A stretch of 64,000 nt of DNA, taken from assembly GCA_016748015.1 (NCBI GenBank), contig JAAOMT010000672.1:381094-445093 (forward strand). Reading direction: 5' to 3'. The stretch's first letter is position 1. Each line of letters starts with the position of its first letter. The notes under the pieces were generated by a model, which saw only the letters and a program-made list of their open reading frames with translations, was not told the DNA's origin and did no database searches. The position numbers were made by a program, and so were the translations under genes. The stretch is from Geosiphon pyriformis uo1 (Eukaryota > Fungi > Glomeromycota). This document shows positions 12,420 to 24,589 of the stretch, piece by piece.

Positions 12420-13240
12420 TACAGTTACTTGTATAGTTACTTTGTAATAAAAGTCAATTTTTTTTTAGAAATTGTTTGTCTGAAAACTCACTAAAAGTAT
12501 GTAGTTACTTTGTTGTGAAAGTCAACTTTTCTATAAAATTTTATCTGTAAACTACTCTAATATATATAATAAGCAAAGTAAAAAAAAATAAAAGAAATAT
12601 AAAGAAAAAAAATTTTTGTTAAGAGAATTGTTTTTTGTTCAAGCCTAGAATTATTAACAGATTATTAAAATTGATAGTTAATCAATTTTAAAATGTTAAT
12701 TGGGTTTTAAGAAATTTTAAGTATAATTTAATTAAAAGAATTTATTTTTTAAAGTATTAGTTTTTATTAATTTGTATAAGATTGTTATTTAAGAATAAGA
12801 TTATTATAAATAAGATATATTTTCTTGAAGAAAAAAGCTCTTTTTTTATACAACTTATTATAGTATTAGTCTATAAACTTGAACTTTTTTTTTGCTATAA
12901 TTTCGATAAACTAAAAATATATTTTGACAAACTACAAGTTATTTTTACAAATTATTAGCTATTTCAGTGAACTATTAATTATTTTGGCAAATTTTTATAA
13001 ATTTCGGTAAATTTTTAAATATTATATGGTTCGAAATATTATGTAATTTAAATATTTTAATTTTTATTGTACAAATTAAATTATTAATTGAATAATAATA
13101 TTTGATAGTTTTAATTAAATTATAAGTAATAATTGAAATAATAATAATATATGCTAATTATTAATAGGAATTATAAGAATAATTTCATGCTAATTAATAA
13201 TTAAAATTTTACTAGTAACAATAATATTGAAAAGTGTTCT
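12420..13240 (-). repeat. Dispersed repeat copy C, occupying the place of dUTPase-RT-INT in Gypsy 2
   Basis: The reverse complement matches 10550-10680, 20220-20340 and 22700-22830. It is flanked by the Cys-rich remnant on one side and the ORF3 remnant on the other. Confidence 0.65.
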
Positions 13241-16200
13241 TTTTTTTACTATGTTGTTAATAAAAATTGTATATTAACATAATTTGTTACATATTTTTTC
13301 ACAACCAAAAAAGTTATTCTATATCTTTTTGTTTGAAAAAATTTTTCCACAAGTGTGACAAGATTTATTGTTTTATTTTTTCTGTTATTTTGATCATTTA
13401 AAGTGTTTTTGGTAATAAGCTTTGCAGTAATAATAGGTGCATATTTCATATTTTTCTTTTGGTAATATACAAATTTTCATGAATAAAAGCTTTTTGTTAC
13501 AATCTATGTATTTAAACAAAATGTAGAGTAAGTGGTTTTTTGGTTCCAGTATTGAATATAAAATAAGCCAAATATTGACTGATTTATTTGTAAAATTGGT
13601 AGTTAGAAATTTGGTTTTTTTTTTTTTTCATATAAGTATCAGTTGTGATTTATTATGTTTTTCTTTGGTCTATAATATTTGGTAAGCTTTTTAGATAAGT
13701 TTCTTTTTTTCTTCAAACTCTATTAATAATTGTTTTTTTAACTGAATTTTGAAATAATTGTAAATAGCTAATACTTGACTTTACTAACTATTATAATTGA
13801 GCTGTAGTTTTTAAGTATTTTAGTTAAACACAGTATAAATTTTGGTAAATCAGTTATTATTAATAAAAACTTGATATTGTGTGGTTTCTATTATCAAAAC
13901 TTTAATTGGTATTATAATGCTGTTAAATTTAAAAAAAAATTGTCAATTTTACCAATAGACATCTTAATAGCTTTATTAGTAATAATAATTCTAGCATTGG
14001 CAGCACAATTAACTTAGTAATCTAATTAGTTTATAAGTTGTTATATGATAATATTGTCTATTAAACTATTATTAAAGATTAACTTAATAGGGTGGCTATC
14101 AACTTTAGCATCAGTATATATGATGGTAATTGTTTTGGTATTACAAATAACTTTACTAAATAAAAGAGTTTCTAATTAGTTTTCTAACTTAAAAGTAAAT
14201 ATGATGATAAGTGACTCATCTTTAGTAATAATTGCTAGTAAAATGTTGTTAGTAAGTGGTTTTTAATTGGTTTTTAGCAAGTTAAATCTTGTGTTTTCTG
14301 AAATTATCAAAAAACTTAAATAGCTCTGGAAATTTAAATTTTGAGTATATTTACTTTATAAATTTTATTAATATAATTTTGTTTGTTGAATTAATATATT
14401 GGGAATTAGTTAATGCATAATTATTACTAATCTTTAGTTTTATTGTATATGCATAATCCTCAGTTTTTGGCTTTTAGCTAGAATTTGAGCTAAATTTTGT
14501 AATAGTGTTTAAATTAGTTGAAATTAATAAATAGTTTGTGGTTATAGTAATTAATATATTACTTAAAATTATGGTGTTTAATAAATTAAAGATACATATA
14601 TTAATTACATTATTTGAGAGTAATAGAGCTAATACTAATAATAGTCTAAGAATAGATTATTGGTATAGTTCAGAGTTTAAAATCTGCAATTGGGATTTTT
14701 ATATTAATTTTTAATTATAAGCTATTCATTTTTGAATAACAGTCTGCTTTAATATATTTTTGTTTATAACAATAGTGGCAGATATGTATTTTTTGCTGTT
14801 ATTGTTAATTTGCTAATAATGACAATAAACACAATTGATTTTAGAACCAATTAAAATTTTCTAAATTGTTACAATGTTAAAAAAACTGATAAATTGCTTA
14901 ATTATTAGTTAAATATTTCTCTATTTTCTAGTTAATTGTTTTACTGAACTGTTTCAGTTTAAAATTTAATTCAGATAATCTATTTATTATTAGATTTACA
15001 ACTTAGACATAGTTGGCTTTAAGCTTGATTGATTCAAAATCTTTAACATAAATAATTGTGTTTTGAAATGTATTTGGATATAATAAACATATTTGTTGCA
15101 GAAAACTGTTGTGTAATCCACAGATAAATTAATTTAAGGTCTGAAATGCTATAAAATAGTCAGTATTAATAATTTGGGCCTGACACAAATTTCTATAAAA
15201 GCATTTTAAGTAAATAATAACTGTTTTTGTGTTATTTTGTTTAATAATAGTAAAGCCAGTTAATAGGTAATTTATACTATTATGATTATTAAAATACTAT
15301 AAAAATGCAGTTTTAAACATGTTAAAGTTATTAAGTTTATTTATAAAATTCTAATACTACAAATTAGTAGTATTTTATAGAAAGTATAAAATTGTTTAAA
15401 AGACTTTGGTGTTGTTTTAACTATTGGCTGTAATAATTTTTATAATATTGTTTAGCCAGATTTGAGCATTGTTTTTTTTGTTTGTGAATTTTTTTAATTT
15501 AGTAATTAGTATATATATTATTAATATAAATAATTGTTGTTGTAATTTTTAAAAAGCAACTATTAATGTAATTGATAGTAAATTAATTCTTTTAACTAAA
15601 GATATGTTTTGTTAAATAATAAAGACAGAGTTTGAATTGTTCAAGTTTTGTTGAGTTTAAATAATTAAAGTTTGTATTTCTGGTTTATTTAAAATTGAGT
15701 TTTTCTTATTATTTTCTTGATTACTGTTTTTTTTTCTTAAATTAGTGTTTGCTCAATTATTGGTAAATCCAAAATTAGGTTGAGATAGTAGTAATTGAAG
15801 TTATAATAGTGTTGTTAATTATAACTTAAATTTTTTAAAGTAATTACTATAGGTTTCTAACAGTTTAAATTTTTCCTGATTGTTTTGAAATAGAACTCTT
15901 ACAATAATTAATTTCATTGTTAATAATAATACAAATTTTAATGATATGTTGATAATATTTTTCAGTATATAATAATAAAATAGATATAATAGAAAAATGA
16001 CTTTGGATTTTTTTTAGTTAAGTGGTTGTATTGTTTTAGGTGTATTTGTTAATATTTGTATTCTGTTTTTGTCTTTGTTTACAAATGTAATTAGAAACTT
16101 TTGCTGAGTGTATCTTTTAATTTTGCAGTTTATTTTAGTGATAATTGAAGTAAAATTGTAATTCTGTGATAAGTTAATATGTTAAAGTAATTTGTTATAA

Positions 16201-16439
16201 AATTTTTTTTGCTGATTCAAAATCTGTTTGTCTTTCTAAAAAATGTATAATCTTTTCATTAACATAGAAGTTGAATACTAATTCTGCTAAAAAATAATTG
16301 CTGGTTAATTTCAATTGTTGTTAATATTATTGGAACAAAAATTTTGCAAATTTCAAGTAATTTGCTCTTATAATTTCTGAGTTAGTCATTTTTCTAAATA
16401 ATTAATAATAGTGCTTTGTTTTTTGCTAGATTATATCTT

Positions 16440-16454
16440 ATAGGGAGCACTAAA
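16440..16454 (-). other. Primer-binding site of Gypsy 2
   Basis: Directly after the 5' LTR, minus-strand tttagtgctcccta, i.e. eroded TGGTGCTCCC, complementary to a tRNA ending ...GGGAGCACCA (Ile-UAU or elongator-Met type ends; identity not resolved). Confidence 0.65.
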
Positions 16455-18278
16455 TATTACAAATAATTATTTGGATGTTAAAATAAATAACAAACTCATA
16501 ACTTGGTACTTACTATCTAATTATAATGTTAATTTCTGAAGATTTTTGTGATTTAAATATTTTGGTTAAGTTTTTTGTATAATAGACAGAAATTTATTTG
16601 ATAATAATTTTCTGAATTTTTTTTTTAGCATAAAGATCAGTTTAATCTGGCAATTGTGCTTTTTTGATAAGCTATTCTTAAGTTTTTATCTTTGTTTCAT
16701 AGTATTATTCAAATAGAAAAGCCAACCTAAAAGCTATTAAAAAAACGTGATTAAAATATAATAATATAAAAAAAAATATAATAACACAAAATAATATAGA
16801 ATAATATGTAATAATTCAGAATAGTACAAGATAATATACAATAACATGAAATAACACAGAATAATTAGCCATAACATAGGGTAACTAATTATAGTATAAA
16901 GAATGAAACAACAACAATAATAATAAGCAATAGCTAGTAATAATAAATAATCAAAAGCAATCTTGTAAAACTAGAAAATATTTATAAAAATAAGTAGTTT
17001 TAGCAGAAAAAAAAAGACAAACAGATAAATAAAAACCAATATTTTTCTATTCATATCTTATATTTTTTAGATTAATTGTACTTATATTTTATATCTATAT
17101 TACTTTAAATAAAAGAAATATTCAAAACCAAATTACTTGTACATAATTCACAAATTTTCATGTTCAAACTAAATTAATTATTTCTTTTTTCTTTGTTTCT
17201 GGCCAAATATTTTTAACATAAAATATCTTAAAACAATAATAACTTAAACCAATTGCTCTTAATTATGATAATTAATAATACTAATTTCTTTTTGTTTTAT
17301 TTTATTTTTCTTTTACTTATTTTCTTGTAGAGTAACAATATTGTAAAAATAACTGTTTAGAAATAAACTTTGTTATAGCTTGGTAAAAAAAAGAAGCTTT
17401 TCTTAAGTTTAAATATTAATGTTATCTTAATAACTTACTAAAAAAATAAAAAAATACTATAAAACCTTAGCAACTATATTTAACTAGCTTAGAAAAAATA
17501 GCTCATTTATATAAATAGCAAACAACCAAATCATCTTTTTGTGTTTTATAACCAAAAAACTTTACAGATAAATTTATATCTATAGCAGACTTTTAGAGAT
17601 TAATAACTCTAATACACTATATATATCTATAAAAAAAAACTTTAAGCTTTCTATACCCAAACTCAAAGCACTAAACATTATTATCACATTTTACCAAGTT
17701 TATTTGTAATAATAAATCTTTTACCAAACTATTCCTAATATTAATATTTCAGCACTTAATTTTTTAATCAATTAATAAATTACAATAAAACAAAAGAAAA
17801 AAAAAGAAAAAAAAAATAAGAAATTAGTATCTTGTTAATAGCTATAATTAAAAGTTATTGTTTCAATATAGTTAAATAACAAATATTATTAGTATGAGTT
17901 GATAATAAAATTGGAGAATAATAATTTTTAATTAAATAAGAAAAATATTATAAATTAAATAATAACTGATAATTTTATAATATTTAAATAATTTTAATTT
18001 AAGATATAAAAAATTATCTTTTGGAGAAAAAGATAGATTATAAATATTTATTGTTAACTAACTATTTGTTTTGAACTTCTTGTTTGCTTTTTCTTATTTT
18101 TGATATTATTGCTATATATATATAAATTTTATTATATAAAATTTCTTGAGAAAAATTCTGGAATTCTGGAATTCTGCAATTTTTGTTAAAAAAATTCTAA
18201 AATTTTCTATTCTATTATGTCTAATTCTTATTGGCTATTTTCTCTAACTATTATAATCTCTATTTTCTGTGAGTAATA
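16455..18278 (-). repeat. 5' LTR of Gypsy element 2, split by a nested insertion
   Basis: Colinear with 10942-11715 except for the 1009-bp insert at 16703-17711. Confidence 0.85.
16703..17711 (+). mobile_element. Nested solo LTR of a third Gypsy subfamily
   Basis: Absent from the sister LTR. Termini TATTA...TGTAATA (eroded TGTTA...TGTAACA); flanks atag/ataa are compatible with an eroded 4-bp TSD; ~10-bp internal repeats at 16755-16890; shares the gctctt.att....tactaa-T-tract segment with the other LTRs. Confidence 0.75.
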
Positions 18279-18299
18279 ATGAAAACATTATTTATAGAT

Positions 18300-20050
18300 A
18301 TAAATACTAAATTGAATTATTATTTAATTAAGGAACATATTTTGTAAACAATCTAATACAAAAAATTTGTGAAAAATTTAATATTAAGAAACTTTTATTT
18401 TTATTTTACTATTTACAAATAAATAGACTTATAAAATATTTTAATAGAACACTTTGTAAATCACTAGCCAAAATTTCAATAAATTTTGAACAAAAATAAG
18501 ATTTTTTTATTTTATTAGTATTATTAATATATGAAATATTAAAATAAAACACATATTATTTGACTTAATTTATAGTAAAACAGCAATATTACTAATTAGC
18601 TTTACAATAAAATTCTATTTAGTTCAATTAATTACAGAAAACAATTTTTAAAAAACATTACAAAAAAAACCTATATACTTTTTAATATACTAAAAAAAAT
18701 AACAAATTGTAATTATTTACATAGAATATTCTTAAGCTCAATAAAAAAAATAGTATAACAACAAATTATTGCTTATTACCAATAAATTTAAATTTAAAAA
18801 CAAAGTTTTCTTATATAAAATTAAGGCTAAAAAACAATAGAATAGAAAATTTGATTATAAATAAAATAGATTATTTTATATACACAAATTTATAAAAAAT
18901 AAATTATACAAATTAAAACTTAATAATAAGATTTTAAAAGAAGTCATACATAATAATAAACTTAAGCACTACTATTTTAGAATCAATTTTAAACTTTTTA
19001 TTTCACAAGTTAGTATACAATTCTTTTTAATTAACTCTAAAGATATTTTCTAAAATTTAAAACCAATAATTATTATTAAATAACTTCCAAATTTAAACAT
19101 TTAATATTTAAATTATTTTATTTTATCTTTATATTAGTAAAAATAACTTTACAAAAATAATTAAAACTATATAAAAAAGCAAAACAAAAATAATATAAAA
19201 ACTAACATACCAAAAAATAATTTTATTACTTTTTTACTTTTTAGTTAGTTTATTATAACTATTTTCTAAAATATTCAACAATTATTTTAAAAATTAATGT
19301 TAGTCTTAAAAATACTACTTAAATTATTTATAATTATTACTAAAAAACATATTAATTATATTTAAACAGAATCTATTACAATTTTAACTACAAATTCATA
19401 AAATTAACACTCTTAAAAAAAATACAAGAAGCTATTCTGAAGTTTATTTACTAAAACTTTTAAAGCAAGCTTTAAAAAAAATTTAATGTTTATCTTTATT
19501 AATATTTTTTAAATATTACAATTTAACAAAAACTTTAATAATGTTTTAATAAATAAAACAATAAATACATTCTAATTTATAAATATTTTTATATTGAAAA
19601 AACACTTTATGAAAAAAAACTAAAATTTGAAACAGCAAACTTTATATCTAAAACTATTTAGAAACAATTCTACAATAAATTTTAAACAATAATTAAATCA
19701 ACAAATATCTATTACAAATTTAGAACGTTTTTAAACTTTATAACTTATTTTATATTTGTTAAAATATTTTATAAAACTCAATTTTACAATCTTTAAAGAT
19801 TTAATATATTGAAAAGCTTACAAAATAAAATTTTAACAATTTTTAAACCAAATTATTTCAATAATTTTGGATTATTATCTGGAAATTACAAATAATATTT
19901 GGACTTTAATAAAACTCAGTCTTAAAAAAAAGATTATATTATTAATTAAAATTTAAAATATTAATTAACATAAAATTATCTTTAAAATTTTTATCAATTA
20001 TTAGTTTATATTATTGTTTTAATTTATTACTTATTATCTTATTAAAATTA
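18300..20050. repeat. Extremely AT-rich eroded sequence, probably TE-derived, unassigned
   Basis: Almost no CpG or GG/CC, no ORF, lies among TEs. Confidence 0.4.
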
Positions 20051-20413
20051 TTTATATTATTATTTAATTAATAATCTGATTTGTATAGAATACAAATATA
20101 ACTAAATTATGATGATTAGATTATATAATATATTAAATTATATAATATTTAAAATTTACTAAAATATTTAGTAATTTGACAAAATAATTAACAGTTTATT
20201 AATATAATCTATAGTTTATAGAAATAACTTGTAGTTTAACCAAATGTATTTTTAATTCATTAAAATATTAAAAAAAAATACTAGATTATAAAATAATATT
20301 ATAACAAATTATTTAAAAAAAGAACTTTTTTTTTAAGAAAAAATATTTTTTAGTTAGAATAAATTTTTACTTAAGTTTAAATGGTTTATAATTGAAATTT
20401 CTTGTAAAAAAGT

Positions 20414-22700
20414 AAAATTTTTTTGTCTCCTTAATTTTATGACCACGATCAAAGCAAAGAGTAAAAGAGCTGCACTTGATATCTGTCCTGAGATATCTAA
20501 TAAAATTTCAACCAGAGGAGCTCTCTCTGTTGTAGAAGCAACTAGGCAAAACGTTTTAGAAGTTTTCCCCCTACCCAGTAATCGTGATAAGCTGCCTTTG
20601 GTAGCCACTGAAGCAACTTTCTCATCTTTGGCTGGTTTCTCATCAGTCAAAATTCCCTCAAAGAAACACACCTGGGTTAGTCCCAGTGTTGCTTCCACCC
20701 CAACCAAGAGCCCAAAAGTTTTTAATAATAGACCAGTGAATAAGCTGGTCTTTCCCTCTATAGATTCAACACCTAGTGCTTCTAGCACCACCTCTTCAAA
20801 AAAAATAGTCAAAAACACCAGAAGTTCAGAAAAGTGGGAGCAGTTGCTTGTTTTTACTATTGTTATACTGAATCCCTTTGTGGTTCCCAATGAGATCTTA
20901 GATGAAATCTCCATAGCATCATCCAGCATGTTATCCAAGATGGGCCAAGATCAACCACTGGCTGTGTTGCCAAATGTGGTGTCTTCTAACAGATCATCAC
21001 TGGTTTTAGAAGCAAAACAATCTTCTTCTGTTGGGTCACCTGTTCTTGGAAACTGGGCTGATCAAATGGAAACTGATTCATCTTCTCTTTTAGTTTTTGG
21101 TGCTACTTCTGGTGGTGCTTGAGAAACTATTACTAGTCGTCAAAGGTTTACTGGGTGAGTGGTCTCCACTCTGGTGCCTAGTGCTACTTTTAGATTCAAA
21201 TTGGCTCATGTTAAGGCTGTTTTTCAGTCTGTGCATGGTTTCTTGGGTGCTAAATCTGTTTCAAAAGATAATGTGAAGCTTTTCTGTGTGGAGTTTGCTT
21301 CTCAACAATCTTTGGAAGCTGCATTTCTGGTTGAGCTTACAAGCTTTGTCCATTTGGCCACTCTTAAAATTGCCAAGTCTTTGGTGGTTTCTGAATCTGG
21401 TTCCTCTCCTGCTGCTATTGTGCTGTGTGATGTGCCTTTGGGTGTATCTGCTGCTGACGTTAAGTTGGCTCTCAGTGTGTTTGGTAGTGTTGCTTGTGTT
21501 GTGCTGAAGCCTGCTGGCATTTGGCAGTACGTGGTGGTTTATTTTGATAAATTAGACTCTGTTGTGTTTGTCTTGAAGCATTGGTCAGTCTTGATGGACA
21601 AGGATAGTGTTAGAATCCTTCCTCTGGTGAATCAAAATGAGACTATTTTGTCTCGTGATAAGTTTAAGGCCAAATTGGTCAATCTTCTCCCTGGCTGTAC
21701 TGCCTTTGAAATCAGTAATATGATTTTTTAGATTGGTAGTTGAACATGTTTCATCCCTCGTTCTTCTAATTCTGGTCATTGTTTCCGATTTGCTTTGGTT
21801 ATGTTTGACTTTCAAGACGATTTGAATTCTGCTGTGGTCAAGACTAGTACTTTAAGGAAATGCCATATCTGGTGGGAAACTCCTTGCTGCCGGCGCTGCT
21901 TTAGGTGTTAAGAAATGGGCCATCTGGTCATGGATTGCAAGATTTCTCTACCTTCCACTCCCAAGATTCCTAAGGTTTTCAAGTCTCGTTTTGTGGATTT
22001 TGCTTCATATGCCAAGGCTGCTGCTCTTTCTGGTCTTTTTGAGTTTTCTCCTTTAGTGGCTTCTTCAGTTTCTGCTGCTGATCCCACTGTTAGTTCCAGG
22101 TTGGACTCTTTGGAAAAGCAGATTTTGGATTTGGCTGCTCTGGTTAAGTCTATTGTTGAGCCTGTTGGTTCTTTGGTTGCTTTGGTGTCTCGTCTTTTTG
22201 ATGATAATGCCATTAAGGCTGTTTAGATTGAGAAAGATATTGTTTCCATGAAAAGTGCTGCTAACAATTTTGCTAATCTCATGGTTGGAGTTTTTAAAGA
22301 CATTGCTTGTCTTAGATCTGAGGTTGACTTTGGTGATATGGATTATGATGGTGTTTTGGTTGCTAAGTCTTCCTTTTTAAGTGAAGACACTATTGAACGT
22401 GTTATTGCTTTGTGGCGAATATCTGATGCTGAAACCAGGGGCAATATTGAGTCTACTAGATTGTTTCTTAGTGAGTTTATTTTTGATTCTAGGAATCTGA
22501 ATGGTATCATAGAGAGAATTCATAGGTTGAGATTATTTTCACCTACTTTTGATTCAGCATAGTGAGTCCTTGATTGGGCTGAGTGTCTGATCACGTGTAG
22601 AAAATGCATGATTTACACCTATAATGTAATCCCTTCTGTGATATCATAGTTTAGATAATATTTGGGTCTCACTTGTTAAATAAATAAATAAAAAAAAAAA
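20414..22700 (+). mobile_element. ORF1-only polyadenylated retroelement (HAL1/half-LINE-like)
   Basis: One reading frame 20439-22562; ~120-nt 3' UTR; aataaa x3 plus A-tail ending at 22700; aaaaaagt on both flanks (TSD-like). It interrupts a dispersed repeat whose empty site is visible in the copy at ~12510-12540. Confidence 0.82.
20439..22562 (+). pseudogene. LINE ORF1/gag-like protein (707 codons, six in-frame stops): disordered N-terminus, RRM-like region, CCHC knuckle, coiled coil
   Basis: ORF pieces 20439, 21159, 21915 and 22248 share one frame; knuckle CFRC*EMGHLVMDC; DSVRI...SRDKFKA..LLPGCTA aligns with DSVRI...SKDQFKT..LPVGTTA of the LINE ORF1. Confidence 0.88.
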
Positions 22701-24589
22701 GTTAATTTTTACAACAAAACAACTATATATTAATTAAAGAGCTTATAAATAAAATTTTTTTGTAAAAAAATTGATTTTTATTACAAAGTAACTATATAAG
22801 TAATTGGTATAAAATTGGCTATTTTATTATAAATCTAACAATATATACAGTCTTAAAGTATAAAAAAATATTTTAAAAAAAGAATTAGTTTATTAAAAAT
22901 TTATTAACTTTTATTAACAACAAAATTAATTATAAAATAGCATTAATAATATTAAGAAAAAAATAAAAAAACTTTTAATAATAATAGCTTATTATAATAA
23001 AATATAATTAATTTAATCTAAATTTATGATAACTTTAAAAAATAATAATTTAATATTTTATAATAACTTAATTTTTTTTGTTGTTTATGATTTGTTATTA
23101 TTGTTTTTTAATAGTATTATTAAATTGCTTAAAATTTGCTAAAATATTTGGTATTTGTTTTGATTTATACAAGCTGTGTATATTTTTTTCTAATATTAAT
23201 TATAATATTTGTGTTAAAATAAATTTATAATGTTGTTTTAATTGGCTTAATTGGCTGGTTATATGTAAAAAGTACATAATTTGTATCTAGTTTAGATTAT
23301 TTAATTGATTTATTATGTTAAATAATATTTGAATCTTATTTGTAAAAAAAAAACATAACAAAAATTTAAAAAAACTGGTTTTTAATTAATTTGGTTTTTT
23401 AGTTATTTAAGCAGCAATAAAATAAAAAATAAAATAAAAGTAATTTAATAATTAGTTTTTTATTAAATATTCTAAAACTTTTTTGAAGAAATTTAAAAAA
23501 AAAACTTTCAACCAAAAACAAAAAAAATGTTTTTAAATTAATAAAAGATTAATTAATTATTATTTTATTTAAAAAACATGTTTTTACAAAATATTATTAA
23601 GTAATTTCTATAATTGTAAATGCTTTATTAATGAAAATAAAAAAGTTGTAATTTTTTTATTTTAGCTTTAATTATAATTATAAAAATATAAAAAAAAGAG
23701 TTTTTTTGGTAATAAATTTATATATATATTATTATAAAACAATGTTTTATTTAACAAAAAATTTTTTAATAAGTTTTTCAATAAATTTTTTGTAATTAAT
23801 GTAAATATTAAATAATTAACAAAATAAAAAATAATATTAAGATTAAATAGCTTAATAATAGTTAAAAATTCAATTTAATAACTTTATATTATTGTTTTAT
23901 TTTATTTATATTTAATCAACATATATAATAATGTTTTTAATTAATAACAAAATAGTTTTTGAAAACACTAATAATAAAAATAAATTAAATAAAACTTTAA
24001 TAGACTATTATTTAAAATAATAAAAACTCGCTAATTAGATTAAATTAAAAGGCCAAGTAAAAATTTTCAAAAAGTATTTTCAATGTTAAATTTTAATCTA
24101 ATATATTAAAAATAGTTAAATATTTATTAAAAATAATTTAATAATAGTATTTAATAAGTTTTTTGCTTAATTAACATAATATCTTGTATTGATTTAATGT
24201 TAAACGAAAATGATTTTCCCAAATTTTTTTTAGTAAAAATATCTAAATAATTAATAATTAAAAATTAAATAAAATCTAAAATTTTAGAAATAAATTAGTC
24301 AATAATATTAAAAAAAAGGGATTTTTATAGTGTAAACACAATTGGTAAAAGCAGAAATTGACTGAAATATTAAGAGATTTTTAGTTTAAGCTAAAATAAC
24401 CAAGAATAAAAAAAGATTTGTCAATCAATTAAAAATTTGAATTTAAAGCTTAATTTTGTATTTAATTTCAAAAAAACAAGTTGAAAATGGTGAAATCAAA
24501 ATCAAATAATCAGTATAAATAATGTTGTTTGGCATACGTCAGTAGATCCAAAATCTTGTAAAATCTTTAGAATTTGACAAAGTTATAAT

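Larger units (their letters stand above)
10942..18278 (-). mobile_element. Second Gypsy element of a related family, extremely C->T/G->A eroded, with pol internally deleted
   Basis: Two LTRs in direct orientation (10942-11715 and 16455-18278); eroded PPT at ~11716-11730; PBS at ~16440-16454; gag remnant MTNSEIIRANYLKFAK from ~16390; protease remnant YTDAKVDSHPIKLIFNNS (~14120, DSG eroded to NNS); Cys-rich remnant ~13600-13250; ORF3 remnant ~12385-11730. Confidence 0.85.
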
